64,000 nt of DNA from Pristiophorus japonicus (lineage: Eukaryota). Positions 50,300 through 63,365 of this stretch are shown here, piece by piece; the stretch's first letter is position 1; the number at the start of each line of letters is the position of its first letter. The position numbers and the translations under genes were made by a program. Under the pieces are notes generated by a model, which saw only the letters and a list, made by a program, of their open reading frames with translations, searched no databases and was not told the DNA's origin. The stretch lies in contig NW_027252668.1 in NCBI RefSeq assembly GCF_044704955.1, forward strand, positions 2,728,001 through 2,792,000, in the 5' to 3' direction.

Positions 50300-50765
50300 A
50301 AGTGTCGGCTCCCTCTTCACCCCGCACCCCATCCCAGGACTCACCCTCAGCCCCCGGCCACGCTCCCTTCGCTTGCTTTCCGCCATTTTGATTTTTCCTG
50401 CACCAACCGTCAACATCCGGGGATCCGGGACATGCGCAGAGCGCGCTCAGCGAGTCAATCGTGATCCATCGCTGCTATTGGGTGCAAGCAGCTGATGAAC
50501 AGCTCACCGCCCCAATCGCGGCCCGGCACAGCTGGACAAGCGCCCCGCCCACTCCCACAGTCGGAGGCGGGGCCGCTCCCAGTCACGTGGCTCCCGATTT
50601 GAATCCGCGCCGCATTTTACCGGTCTGACCGCAAGTGACGTCCGTAACCCAGCAACGCCAGCTGTGTGACGTCGGTAACCTGGCAACCCGTCTGTGTGAC
50701 CTCACGTAAGCTGGCATCAGGGGCGGGGATGGCCGCGAGCCCACAGGATGATGGTTGGTGCGTTT
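50300..50765. promoter_or_regulatory. CpG island, putative bidirectional promoter with first exon(s)
   Basis: YY1 motif CCGCCATTTT (50380-50389), CCAAT, GC boxes, E-box TCACGTG and CRE-like TGACGT x2. Minus-strand ATG at 50386 runs to a GTGAGT donor after 50345. Confidence 0.7.
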
Positions 50766-51069
50766 ACCTGTGTGTGTGATATATGTCTGTGTACGGGCTG
50801 TGTGTGTGTTTGGGGGATGTCTCTACCTGTGTGTGTGATATATGTCTGTTATATATGTGTGTCTGTGTACACGTGTGTCTATATTTGTGTCTCTGTTGAT
50901 ATAAATATTGGTGATGGGCCCTTCTCCCTGTTGGTAATTGCAGCAATTACTTTGTATATAAAGATTAATGATACACCCCACTATTGTTGGTAATTCAGTA
51001 ATTGCCGTTTATGTAAAGTTTGGTAATGGGCCCACCTACCTGTTGGTAATTTTGGTAGTTACTTTTTAT

Positions 51070-51607
51070 ATAAGAACATAAGAAATAGGAGCAGGAGTAG
51101 GCCATACAGCCCCTCGAGCCTGCTCCGCCATTCAATAAGATCACGGCTGATCTGATCATGGACTCAGCTCCACTTCCCTGCCCGCTCCCCATAACCCTTT
51201 ATTCCCTTATCGCTCAAAAATCTGTCCAGCTCCGCCTTAAACATATTCAGTGTCCCAGCTTCCACAGCTCTCTGGGGCAGCGAATTCCACAGATTTGCAA
51301 CCCTGAGAGAGAAGAAATTCCTCATCTCAGTTTTAAATGAGCGGCCCCTTATTGTTTGACTATGTCCTCTGGTTTTATTTTCCCCTATGAGTGGAAATAT
51401 CGTCTCTGCATCCATCTTGTCGAGCCCCCTCATTATCTTACATGTTTCAATAAGATCACCTCTAATTCTTCTGAACTCCAATGAGTATAGGCCCAAACTA
51501 CTCAACCTATCTTCATAAGTCAACCCCTTGATCTCCGGAATCAACCGAAAGAACTCTGAACAGCCTCCAATGGAAGTATACCCTTCCTTAAATGCGGAGA
51601 CCAAAAC
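51070..51607 (-). mobile_element. CR1 LINE 3' fragment
   Basis: ORF 51164-51604(-) LEFRRIRGDLIE...; tail ataagaacataagaa. Confidence 0.9.
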
Positions 51608-51869
51608 TGTTGTGTATGTATAAAGTATGTACTGTAAGATTAGACCACTGAATGTATCTTCACACTGTATACACTATACCTGTACCACCAGAGGGTGCTA
51701 CTGGTGGAGACCGAAGGCTTACCTGCACACTGCAGGTAACCAACTATAAAAGGGAGCGCACCTCACTGTATCCTTACTCAGGAGCTACAATAAATGAACA
51801 AAGGTCACAACAGTTCAAGTACAATACCTTATCTTGTATTACCTTACTAGAGTGCTTACACACATAACA
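51608..51869 (+). mobile_element. Gypsy 5' LTR
   Basis: TGTT...AACA termini, TATAAAA at ~51744, AATAAA at ~51789; followed by a degenerate PBS and gag. Confidence 0.75.
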
Positions 51870-51903
51870 TCTCGCGAGCAGATTATGAATTTCCATGCAC
51901 AAA

Positions 51904-52397
51904 ATGGCTAACCTTAGCAACTTTCAACAATTCGCTGAGGGGGAAGATTGTGATGCCTTTGTGGAAAGGCTCGAACACGTTTTCATTACAAATGACCTGG
52001 CAGGAGACGACCCGATCTCGCTGGCTGATAAGCGCAGAGCTATCCCGCTCAGCAGTTGTGGGCCCACAGTCCATGGCCTCGTCAGGGACCTGCTAGCCCC
52101 AGTGAAGACGACAATCAAAATGCATGCAGAGCTTGTAACAATAATACAGGAACAGCTCAAACCTAAAGAGAGCATCCTCACAGCCATACATTTGTTCTAC
52201 ACCCACTGGTGGCCCGAAGGCCAAGAAACTGCAAAATATGCTGCAGACCCGAGACGAATGGCTGCACCATGTGATTTGGGCGACCATCTCACTGAAGCAC
52301 TGAGGGACATCTTTGTTAATGGAATCAGCCATGAGTGCCTCCTCTCTGTGGACACTACGGTCACACTGCAGAAGGCAATTAAAGTGAGCCAGGCGTT
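51904..52397 (+). pseudogene. Gypsy gag fragment, truncated by satellite
   Basis: FAEGEDCDAFVERLEHVFITND..KRRAIPLSSCG..LVRDLLAP..LRDIFVNGI resembles Ty3/Gypsy gag. Confidence 0.75.
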
Positions 52398-53320
52398 TCT
52401 GGTATGTGAGAGTGGATTTTATTCTGAACCTGTCAGTTTCTGATATGTGAGTGTTGATTTAATCTGTACCTGTCAGTTTCTGGCTTATGATTGGTAGTTT
52501 AACTTGTAACTGTCAGCTTTTATGTATGATACATGAATATGGGCTTTATACTGTATGTGTCTCTCATATGCGAGTCTGTGTATATTTCTGTAACTGTCAG
52601 ATTTAGGTATGTGTGTGGGGGTTTAATCTGTGCCTCTCAGTTTCTGGTGTGTTAGTCTGGGTTTAATCAGCACCTATTAGCTCCTGCAATTTAGGTGTAT
52701 GTTTTAGACTGTACATGTCAGTTCCTGCTATATGAGCGGTGATTTACTCTGTATCTGCCCAAGTCTGGTATGTGAACGTGAATATCTGTTTTATGTTCTA
52801 CCTGAATTTGTCTGACATGTGAGTAAAGGTTTTACCTTTCTGATAGGTGTGTGTGGGTTTCACTCTGCATCTGCCAGTTTATGAGATGGTAATATGTCTT
52901 TAGCTCAGAAACTGTCAGATTCTGCAATGCAAGTATCAGTTTTACTTTTTACCTCTGTTTTCTGACATGTGACTCTGGGATTTACACTCTACCTGTCACT
53001 CTCTGGTGTGGAGTTTACTCTGTGCGTGTCACTTTCATCTATGTGGGTGTGGGTTGTAGATTGTATCTGTCAGTCTATGGTACGGGAGTGTGGGTTTTAT
53101 TCTGCACCTGTCATTTTCTGGTATATTCGAGATGGCTTAATACTGAATCTTTCCTTTCCTGATATGTGATTATTGCTTTTGCTCTGTACCCGTCAGCTTC
53201 TTTTATGAGAGTATTGTTTTTACTTTCTAACTTATATATTAAGGTATGTGATTGTGTGTTTTATTCTCTACCTGCCAGTTTCTGGCAAGTGAGTGCAGGT
53301 GTTTAATCTACATGTCAGTT
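52398..53320 (+). repeat. ~41-bp satellite, subfamily 1
   Basis: Near-identical to 24.7-25.66 kb. Confidence 0.85.
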
Positions 53321-54520
53321 TGATCTGTTTCAATGGTGAAACAGCGTCTGATTCTACTGCTCCTTGTAAGATTCACAATGTAACTCTTGTACTGTGGATT
53401 ACTGTGGGACTGACTGCTTCTGCTGCCTGTGATAATAGGATTGAGGTCAGTTCTGTGTCTCTGCGCTCTGTGAGTGATAATGTACTTACTGTGTGTGGGA
53501 AGGACCTACCTGCACTGGTTGACAGTCAGTGTATGCCAGCAGTGTGGATTGACACTGTGTCAGTGTCTATCTGTTCCTGTGTTTGTGAGTAAGTGAGTTA
53601 AAATGGATCTGTCTCTCAGTGCGATATGTTTGCACTTTGAAACAACATCTTATTGTACTGCTCCAAGTGACTGTGGGATTCATAATGTAACTCTGGAAAT
53701 TCGGATCACTGTGGGACTGACAGCTTCTGCTGCCTATGACAATAGGATTGAGACCAGTTTTGTGTCTCTGTGCTCTGTAAGTGATAAGGAGCTGACAGCA
53801 CTGTTCCTTGTGTTCCGGGTGGAGGAAAGATCACATTTATTCAGGCTCAGTGAAATACTTCTCTCTGAGAATAATAATACGAGAACAATATTAGTTATGA
53901 TATGGACAGGTGAGTGGGAGACTATAAAAAGTAAAGTTATAATTAACATGTTTGTTTATAATAAAGTAAAGTATCTGGAGAGGGGAAACCACAATACAAA
54001 CAGCACTGGTCCATGAATAGGACCACCCGATTGGAACAGTCCAGGTTTATATCTCTCACTCCCATGGGACTATTTGTAAAATTCTGAATCTCTTCCTGGA
54101 ATATAACTATAGTACCTGGGCTGTACAACAATTGTTTTCAGACTTTTGAAACCGAGTTGAGGGCCTGTGTAGTTAACAGAATGTCACAGAGCCCGGATCC
54201 TGATGTATCTGAGGGAGCGACAGGCTCTCGATCACCAGCAACACGGTTCCGGACAACTCAATGCACCAAAACAAAATAACTGATGCTTGAAATGTCTTCT
54301 CCCACACTCCTCACCTGGTGCCTGCAATAGATACACTTTGTGAAACTCCTCACATCCTCACCGTCAGGATGTGTTTCCACTGTTCACTGTCGAAGAACAA
54401 CAGACACGGTGAGATTGGGACTGAATCAGGAACATTCACTACTGATTTGGGGAAAGAAAGCAGCAATGATTTGAAAGAGCGAGGTGATTTACTTTCACTG
54501 TTACCCCACACTGTATACAC

Positions 54521-54915
54521 AACTATTTTAGTAAAACAATAAATCAAGTGCCCCCTTATTAAAGGGGCATTAAAACAGACAAATTTAACTTTGGCATTAA
54601 ATGGATCAAATTAAAATTTGGTTCCCTGGGGTGATGATGCACTCCAGTCCCTCTGGCGCCCATCTCTCACGGAAGGCCACGAGCGTACCGGTGAACACCG
54701 CGTGCTCCATCTCCAGGGACACCCTGGCATGAACATAACCGTGGAAGAGAGGCAGGCAATCGGGCTGAACACCCGCTCGACCGCCCGTAGCCTGGACCGG
54801 TTAATGGCTACCTTGGCCATGACCAGGAGCAGTCCTACGAGGAGGCCTTCCGATCTGCCCGCTCCCCTCCGCACAGGGGGCCCAAAGATCAGGAGTGGGG
54901 GACTGAAGTGCAAAC
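54521..54915 (-). mobile_element. Tx1/L1-clade LINE 3' fragment (unit C)
   Basis: Homologue of 26880-27275. Confidence 0.6.
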
Positions 54916-55469
54916 GATTAATGAGTGTCATCCTTATGCAGGAGCTATCAAGCAAACTCTACCAAGTAACGTTCATTGGTTCATGTGCAACGGCCTGCGG
55001 AGAACCATGAGATGCTACTGTAAGTACTGCTTACAACCAGAGTCATCAGAGGACCATTTTATCCTCAAGTAGAAAGTAAGAGACTGTCCACACACAGCCC
55101 GAGAATGGCCTCTCCCTTCCCCCACTCACTCCATGTTCCGGAACTAGTTCCTGCTCCACTCTGCCTCTGACAAACAAACAGCCCCCGACGGAACTAAACC
55201 AGGAACGTTCAGTCCTGGTTAGGAGAGAGAAAGCAGCAATGATTGTAAACAGCAGATTCTACCCATTCTGTCTCCCTTCCCCCTGGACACACACAGCTCG
55301 AGAATGGCCTCTCCCTCCCCCGACTCACACCACGCACTGACACTGGTTCTTGCTCCACTCCGCCCCTTACACACAGCCCCCGACTCTCCCCGGACTCAGT
55401 GCCGGTCTCTGAGCCCATCTGCGGACACGCTCCCAAAGCGCTGCGCTGCTGTAAGGAGGCTGCTGCTCG

Positions 55470-55645
55470 CTGCCTTACCCCGGGGCCGCGGGCTCTCCAT
55501 TCCCGGCTGTTAGAAACCATCTTCTTCCGCTCACTGAGTGAATGGCGATCGCAGGCTGGACTTGGGGAGGAGACGGCGCATGCGCTCTTTTGCTCACTGG
55601 GAATCGACACAGGGGGCGGGGCTGAGCCGCGCATGCGCAGCTCTC
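55470..55645 (-). promoter_or_regulatory. NRF1/GC-box promoter and first exon (unit C)
   Basis: GCGCATGCGC at 55576-55585 and 55629-55638; ATG at 55500 with a donor after 55479. Confidence 0.6.
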
Positions 55646-55944
55646 TGCAATAATTCAGCCTGTAAAAATCAAAGTGCACCTTTCCCAATTTACTTTTATC
55701 AGAATCTGACAAAGGAACTGGGCCTGGGGGGAAAGGACAGATAATGATTAAAGCTGGGAGCCTTGTCCCTTGGAGATGCTCAATTTGGGATCATTCCGTG
55801 CAGGGTGTTTCTCTCTCCATGAGCCCGTCTTCACAAAGCAATCCTGCAGAAACATCGGAGGGACGAGGGTGTGGGAGTGTTTGCTGGGACCGTGCAGGAG
55901 TTAATATCTGACAGAAAAAGTCCGAGATTAGTTTAAACACTCTG

Positions 55945-57740
55945 ACAGTAATATCGAAGTGCACAATCAAGAGGTTATAGGTAGGGAGGAACTTATTACA
56001 ATCACTGTCACTAATGAAGTAGTACTCGGTAAAATAATGGGACTAAAGGCGGACAAGTCCCTTGGACCTGATGGCTTCCATCCTGTGGTCTTAAGAAATG
56101 TGGCTGTAGAGATAGTGGATGCATTGTTTGTAATCTACCAAAATTCCCTGGATTCTGGGGAGATCCTAGCAGATTGGAAAATTGCAAATGTTAAAAAAAG
56201 GAGGCAAACAAAAAGCAGGAAACTATAGACCAGTTAGCCGAACATCTGTTGTTGTGAAAATGCTGGAGTCCATTATTAAGGAAGCAGTAGCAGGACATTT
56301 GGAAAAGCATGATTCAATCAAACAGAGTCAGCATGGTTTTATGAAAGGGAAATCATGTTTGATAAATTTGCTGGAGGTCATTGAGGATGTAACAAGCACG
56401 GTAGATAAGGGGCAGCCTGTGGACGTGGTGTATTTGGATTTCCAGAAGGCATTCGATAAGGTGTCACATAAGAGGTTACTGCACAATATAAAAGCTCATG
56501 GGATTGGGAGCAATATATCAGCATGGATAGAGAATTGACTAACTAACAGCAAACAGAGAGTCAGGATAAATGGGTCATTTTCTGGTTGGCAAACAGTGAT
56601 GAGTTGGGTGACACAGGGATCGGTGCTGGGTCGTCAACTATTTACAATCAATACTAATGACTTGGATGAAGGGGCCAAGTTTAATTTAGCCAAGTTTGCT
56701 GATGATACAAAGATAGGTGGGAAAGCAAATTGTGATGAGGACACAGTAGATATGCAAAGGGATCTCGACAGGCTAAGTGAGTGTGCAAACATTTGGCAGA
56801 TAATAACATAAGAACATAAGAAATAGGAGCAGGAGTAGGCCATATGGCCCCTCGAGCCTGCTCCGACATTTAATACAATCATGGCTGATCCGCTCATAGA
56901 CTCAAGTCCACTTCCAGATGGAGTATAATGTGGGAAAATGAGAGGTTATCCATTTTGGCAGAAATAATAGAAAAGAAAATTATAATTTAAATGGAGAAAA
57001 ATTGCAACGTGCAGCAGTACAGAGAGCCCTGGGGGTCCTTGTACATGAAACACAAAAGGTTTGCATACAGGTACAGCAAGTAATCAGGAAATCAAATGGA
57101 ATATTGGCCTTTATTGCAAGAAGGATAGAGTCTAAAATCAGAGAAGTCCTGCTGTACAGGGTATTGGTAATGCCACACCTGGAGTACCGTGTCGAGTTTT
57201 GGTCTACGTATTTAAGGAAGTTTACACTTTCATTGGAGGCTGTTCAGAGAAGGTTCACTCGGTTGATTCCGGAGATGAGTGGGTTGAGTTATGAGGATAG
57301 GTTTGAGTAGGTTGGATCTGTACACATTGGAGATCAGAAGAATGAGAGGTGATCTTATTGAAACTTATAAGATAATAAGGGGGCTTGACAAGGTGGATGC
57401 AGAGAGGATATTTCCACATGGGGCAACTAAAACTAGGTTACATAGTCTTAAAATAAGGGGCCGCCCATTTAAAATTGGGATGAAGAGGAATTTCTTCTCT
57501 CAGAGGGTTGTCAACCTATGGAATTATCTGCCCCAGACAACTGTGAAGGCTGTGTCATTGAATATATTTAAGGCGGAGATAGACAGATTTTTGATCGATA
57601 AGGGAGTAAATGGTTATGGGGAGGGAGCAGGGAAGTGGAGCTGAGTCCATGATCAGATCAGCCGTGATCTTATTGAATGGCAGAGCAGGCTCGAGGAGCT
57701 AAATGGTCTACTCCTGTTCCGATTTGTTATGTTCTTATGG
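55945..57740 (+). mobile_element. Older CR1 LINE (unit C copy) with nested reverse tail
   Basis: ORFs 55959-57644 carry RT motifs. Confidence 0.9.
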
Positions 57741-59148
57741 CCCTGGGCTGCACGATTGCAGATAGTTCAACAGGCAAGCGAGTGATAAATGTGGGACATT
57801 GTTTCTCTCACTCTTTGACACTGTCCCGCAGTGTGGGATTAATAATGTGTCTGTCTCTGGTACAATATCAGTGAGAGAGGAGACTGCATCTTCTGTCTCT
57901 CCAATGGGAACTTTCAGAATAAAACGGGACTTCACAGGTCAGTCTGGAACTGATACTGTGCATGTCTTCTGTGTCTCACCGCCCTACCTCACACTCTCCT
58001 ATCTCTCGTACAGCCCTCTCCCCTCTCTCTGCCTCTCTGTTGCTATCCCTCTCTCTTGTACTTTTTGTGAAGGCGGGATACTGTTATTTAGCGTGATGTG
58101 GAAACACTGTTGGAAGTGCAAGACTGATAATGTCTCTGTTTCTCTCTGGTGCAATTCATGAAGGTGTGGCACTGTTACTGAGCGTATTATGGAGACACTG
58201 ATTCAAAGTGTAAAACTGATACTGTATCTGTCTCTGTCTTTTTCCGCTGGTGCTGTACATTAATGTGTGATAATATTATTGAGAGTAATATGGAGACACA
58301 GTTCGGTAGTTTAAGATTGATACTGTGTCTGTCTCTCTGTCGCTCTCTCTGATAGCCATCTCTGGGTGTTGAGTATGGGATGGATGGGGCACCAGTTACT
58401 GTTATATGTCCCTCATTTTCTGAGGAGAGAGAGACAAAGAGAGGCTGCAGGGGCGGTGAGCTCATAATTTGTATTTTCATGTTAGTCAAACATATTTCTG
58501 CATTACAACAATAACAACTTAAAAGCAGATATGGGTTAAGCCAGCCACAGCTGTGATTGGCTCCTGCCCCTGAATCTGGGAACAGACACTGTGAGGAGCG
58601 CCGGCCTCAGAGTGTTTAACACTTACTGAGCTGGGAAACGACAACTGACCCGAAAATCGGTAGCACAGCCGAGCGGAGAGTAAACCTGTGCTGGGAACTG
58701 TAAATCTGGGAACAGTTTGTGCTGTGAATGTGCAGATTTCAACATTGTGTGAGCGAGAGTGTGTTAAAGGGACGGGCGGGTTCGACGAATGTCACTGTGT
58801 TTGTGTGTCCGCTCTCATCGCCGGATTTCAGAGTCCCTCTTGTGTAAAATTCAAAGATTTCCCCGTCACAGGATCGCCCTGCTGCTCTGCTCAGGCCTGA
58901 AGTGGGAATGAATCAGAAAGTTTGATTTGATTTCAAATTTCAGTCAAAAAACAGAGAAAATATCCGCGATCGGGTGAGAGAGCGCGACCAGTGCAGCAAT
59001 GAAACGGGTTTAAATCGAAATTGCTGCCTTCAATTCGGATGGAACTTTCTCGGCAGCAAACATCCTGGTCTTCGGGACAGAAAGAGGCCAGTCTGGGAAT
59101 GTGGAGGGCCCGAGTTGAATTGGAATCGGAGAGTTAGTGAGGAGAGAG

Positions 59149-59225
59149 AAACACAGAGAGGCTGGAGGGGCCGGGAGCTGACAGCAGGATGTCTCCTCCC
59201 CGTCCGCTCGCTGCCTTTAAGTTGC
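59149..59225 (+). promoter_or_regulatory. H1 promoter: AC box and TATA-like element
   Basis: AAACACA (H1 box) at 59149-59155; TTTAAG at ~59216. Confidence 0.6.
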
Positions 59226-59297
59226 TCTGTGTCGCCGCCTCTCGTTTCATTTCTGACCCAGCTCTGACTGTTAGAGAGATTTTCCAGAGTCGCGGAC

Positions 59298-59975
59298 ATG
59301 ACTGATACTGCAGCCGCCGAAACGGCTCCTCCTGCCGCCGTCGCTCAAACCAAGGCTCCCAGCAAGAAGAAGAAGGCGACTCCCCGTTCCGGGCCAGCCG
59401 GTCCCAAGTTGGGCGACCAGATCCTCAAGGTTGTGGCTGATGGCAAGGATCGCAAGGGAACGTCCCTGGCCGCGATAAAGAAGGCTCTGGCGGCCAAAGG
59501 CGTCGATGTGGAGAAGCGCGGCTTCCAGATCAGGTCCAGTATCAAGAAGAATGTGATGAATGGTTCCCTGAAGCAGATCAAGGGCACGGGCGCCTCGGGC
59601 TCATTCAAAATCGCTAATACAGATCTCCAGGGGAAAGTGGGAAAGAAGGTGAAGAAGCCAGCAACCAAGAAATCTCCAGCAAAGAAAGCAGCAGCCAAGA
59701 AATCTCCAGCAAAGAAAGCAGCAGCCAAGAAATCTCCAGTAAAGAAAGCAACAGCCAAGAAATCTCCAGCAAAGAAAGCAACAGCCAAGAAAACGAGCAC
59801 CAAGAAGGCGTTAACGGCAAAAAAGACAGCGAAAGGGCCGGCTGGGAAGAAGGCGGCGGCGAAGAAGCCCAAGAGCCCCAAGAAAGTGAAGGCGGCCAAG
59901 AAGGTGGAGAACCCGAGGGTCAAGGCCACGTCCAAATCAGTAAAGGCCAAGAAAACAACACCCAAAAAAAAATGA
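59298..59975 (+). CDS. H1: Histone H1 (intact, 225 aa)
   Basis: [15 protein letters not shown]-terminus, globular domain ([20 protein letters not shown]), and a K/A/P-rich tail. Confidence 0.95.
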   Translation: MTDTAAAETAPPAAVAQTKAPSKKKKATPRSGPAGPKLGDQILKVVADGKDRKGTSLAAIKKALAAKGVDVEKRGFQIRSSIKKNVMNGSLKQIKGTGASGSFKIANTDLQGKVGKKVKKPATKKSPAKKAAAKKSPAKKAAAKKSPVKKATAKKSPAKKATAKKTSTKKALTAKKTAKGPAGKKAAAKKPKSPKKVKAAKKVENPRVKATSKSVKAKKTTPKKK

Positions 59976-60005
59976 AAAGGCAACTTCTAAACATTTCAAC
60001 CCAAA

Positions 60006-60047
60006 GGCTCTTTTCAGAGCCACCCACGCCTCTCAGAAAAGAGCTGA
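60006..60047 (+). promoter_or_regulatory. Histone 3' stem-loop and HDE (H1)
   Basis: GGCTCTTTTCAGAGCC-ACCCA; AAAAGAGCTG. Confidence 0.92.
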
Positions 60048-60139
60048 TCCCGGAATCAAATAATCCCTGTCCCGGGCTCAGATTCCAGATAGAAATCATT
60101 AAAAATGACCCCGGGATCCCTGGTGCCTCGTTGGCATTG

Positions 60140-60310
60140 GCTGCACCCCACCCCTCCCTCAGTGTCTGCACCCACCCCTCCCCCAGTGTCTACACCCGCC
60201 CCTCCCTCTGTCTGCATCCACCCCTCCCCCAGTGTCTACACCCGCCCCTCCCTCAGTGTCTGCACCCACCCCTCCCCCAGTGTCTGCACACACCCCTCCC
60301 CCAGTGCCTA
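60140..60310. repeat. C-rich ~27-bp minisatellite
   Basis: About 6 copies. Confidence 0.8.
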
Positions 60311-60967
60311 CAATAAAACACAGAGAATGGGATGTCCGGCCCGGGCCTCACTGTAACTGGGGTTTGAGTCCGGCTCCAGTCTCAGTTCCTGGTCATTGTC
60401 ATTTCACAGATTCAGGGGGAAGAGTCTCTGTGAGACGATGGGACTGGCGGCGATATCTCGCCTCACAACTCAAACCCCAAACTCCAGATTCTCCAAATCA
60501 GCTGGAATAAGGTGTTTGTAAATTTGCTGAACCGGTCTGTGAGAGGAGATGGAATAAGGTCTGAGATTGACAGGGAACGGACTATATAGGCGGGAATATT
60601 CTTGATTGTTAATTGTACCAGGACCTTATTTAACAGCTTCTGGTCCCTGGAAGCCTTGAATATGAATTCCGAGTCTGTAAGGGTTTGTGCGGAGCGCTGT
60701 GTATCGGTTGTATTGTGGAGAAAACAATTTGAAATTGGCGGTTGCAGAAAGCTGGAGGTGGAGCTGGAAGATCAGAGGCGGCGCTCTGCTCTGTCTCTCA
60801 ATCTTGATTCTGTCTCATTCCCTGCCGCGCTCTCTGTTTAATCTCTCACTCTGTCTCCTCCCCTTCCCGCCTCTCTCACTCTGCGCTTTCTCAGTCAGGT
60901 CGGAGCCAGCTCTATAAAAAAAGGAGCCAGGAGGAGTTGGTTTCTCATTCAGCGACAGTTTGAGTGA

Positions 60968-61288
<321 letters not shown>

Positions 61289-62031
61289 ACAACTCCACCC
61301 TTTCCACCCAGCACAACACAAAGGCTCTTTTAAGAGCCACCCACCGCCTCACAGAGACAGCAATGATCTGGGGATGGGTGTTTGGACAATTTGGGTGGGA
61401 AATTATTTTAGTTATTTATTTAATGGAAAGTAACACGCCGAGTTATGTAGCGCCTTACACGGCAATCGGACTTCTCAAAGCCAATAAAGTACTTTTGCAG
61501 TGTAGTCGCTTTAGGAATATGGGAATTATTAAATATTTGAGAATAATCGTTTAATATGAGATCAGAAACTCCGGGTGCCCCGGTCACAATCAGCGGGCGG
61601 GGATACACAGTCTCCCCTCACAGATAATCCTATTATGTTGTGAGCTTTGTGTGAGAATCGGTGAAACGGGACGGCACTGGCGGGATGGATGCGGGACTTT
61701 GTGTTTCCAGGATGCAGTGACCGGGGAATTATTCCCGCCCGCTACCGACCCATCAGGGAATGGGACAGAATTCAAACCGGAATGTTAAAGAGAATAGGAT
61801 TGGTAATTTATAATGGGGCACCATCGAGGTTATAAAGAGCCGAATTCTTAAATTGCTGGCGGGAAATTAGAGTTTCTTTAATCTCTGTTCGTTGAGACTC
61901 TGAAATTGGCGGGCTGTTTGAAATTGACGAACTTGTCAGTTTCATTTCAGTCAATCATGGCCCAGTAATCCCCCGCCCTTCCCTTTCGATCTCGGTGATT
62001 GGTTGAAACATGATTGGCGGTCGGGTTATGA

Positions 62032-62535
<504 letters not shown>

Positions 62536-63365
62536 ACTCCTCCTGCCCGGGCTCCAAGCTTTAACACCAAGTGCAACAACGGCTCTTTTCAGAGCCACCA
62601 AATCAGCAAAGGAAAGAGCTGCAGCCGGCTCCACGCAAACTGTCCTGTGTACACCCCGTGCACGTCTTGTCTTGTTATAACTGGGGCTTTATGCAGTGCA
62701 GGCGGTGATTATCTGGCTTTGATCCAGGTATCAATGCGAGTCAGATGCCCAGTATACCGACTGCACCCGCCCAATGTGGGGCGCTAACTATAAGATCTGA
62801 TAGTGAATTGATCCCACTGCACAGACCGGAATAGATTCCAGAGAGGGGACGAGCTGCCTGCCTGTAATCTGTATCTCACCAGCTCTTAATGCGGGCACAG
62901 CTCGGATACTATTTGGGATATTTTAAATTAACCATGAGCTGGAGTTGCATCCTCCTGTACGCAAATTTTAAAAAAGGGTAAAAGTCCTCATGGATCAATG
63001 TGTTCAGAATGTATATATTTCTCCCTATGGAATTATTGCCCCTATAAAAGTCAGTGAGCTCATCAACCGCTCATTCCTTTATACTCGGCTCTTATCATCC
63101 GGTTCATATTCGGCTGTCCCAACATGTTCAATGACTAGCGGTCTGACGTTCAGCTTCCGTCTGTTTTGTATTAAATTAGATCAGGGACAATTGTGATCCA
63201 CAGAACAGAAAGAAGCCCTTTCACGGATAGTGTGACACTGTTACTGAGCGTATTATGGAGACATTGATACAAAGTGTAAAACTGATGCTGTGTCTGTCTC
63301 TGTGTCTTTTCCGCTGGTGCTGTGCATGAATGTGCGATAACATGGAGACACAGTTCGGGAGTTTA

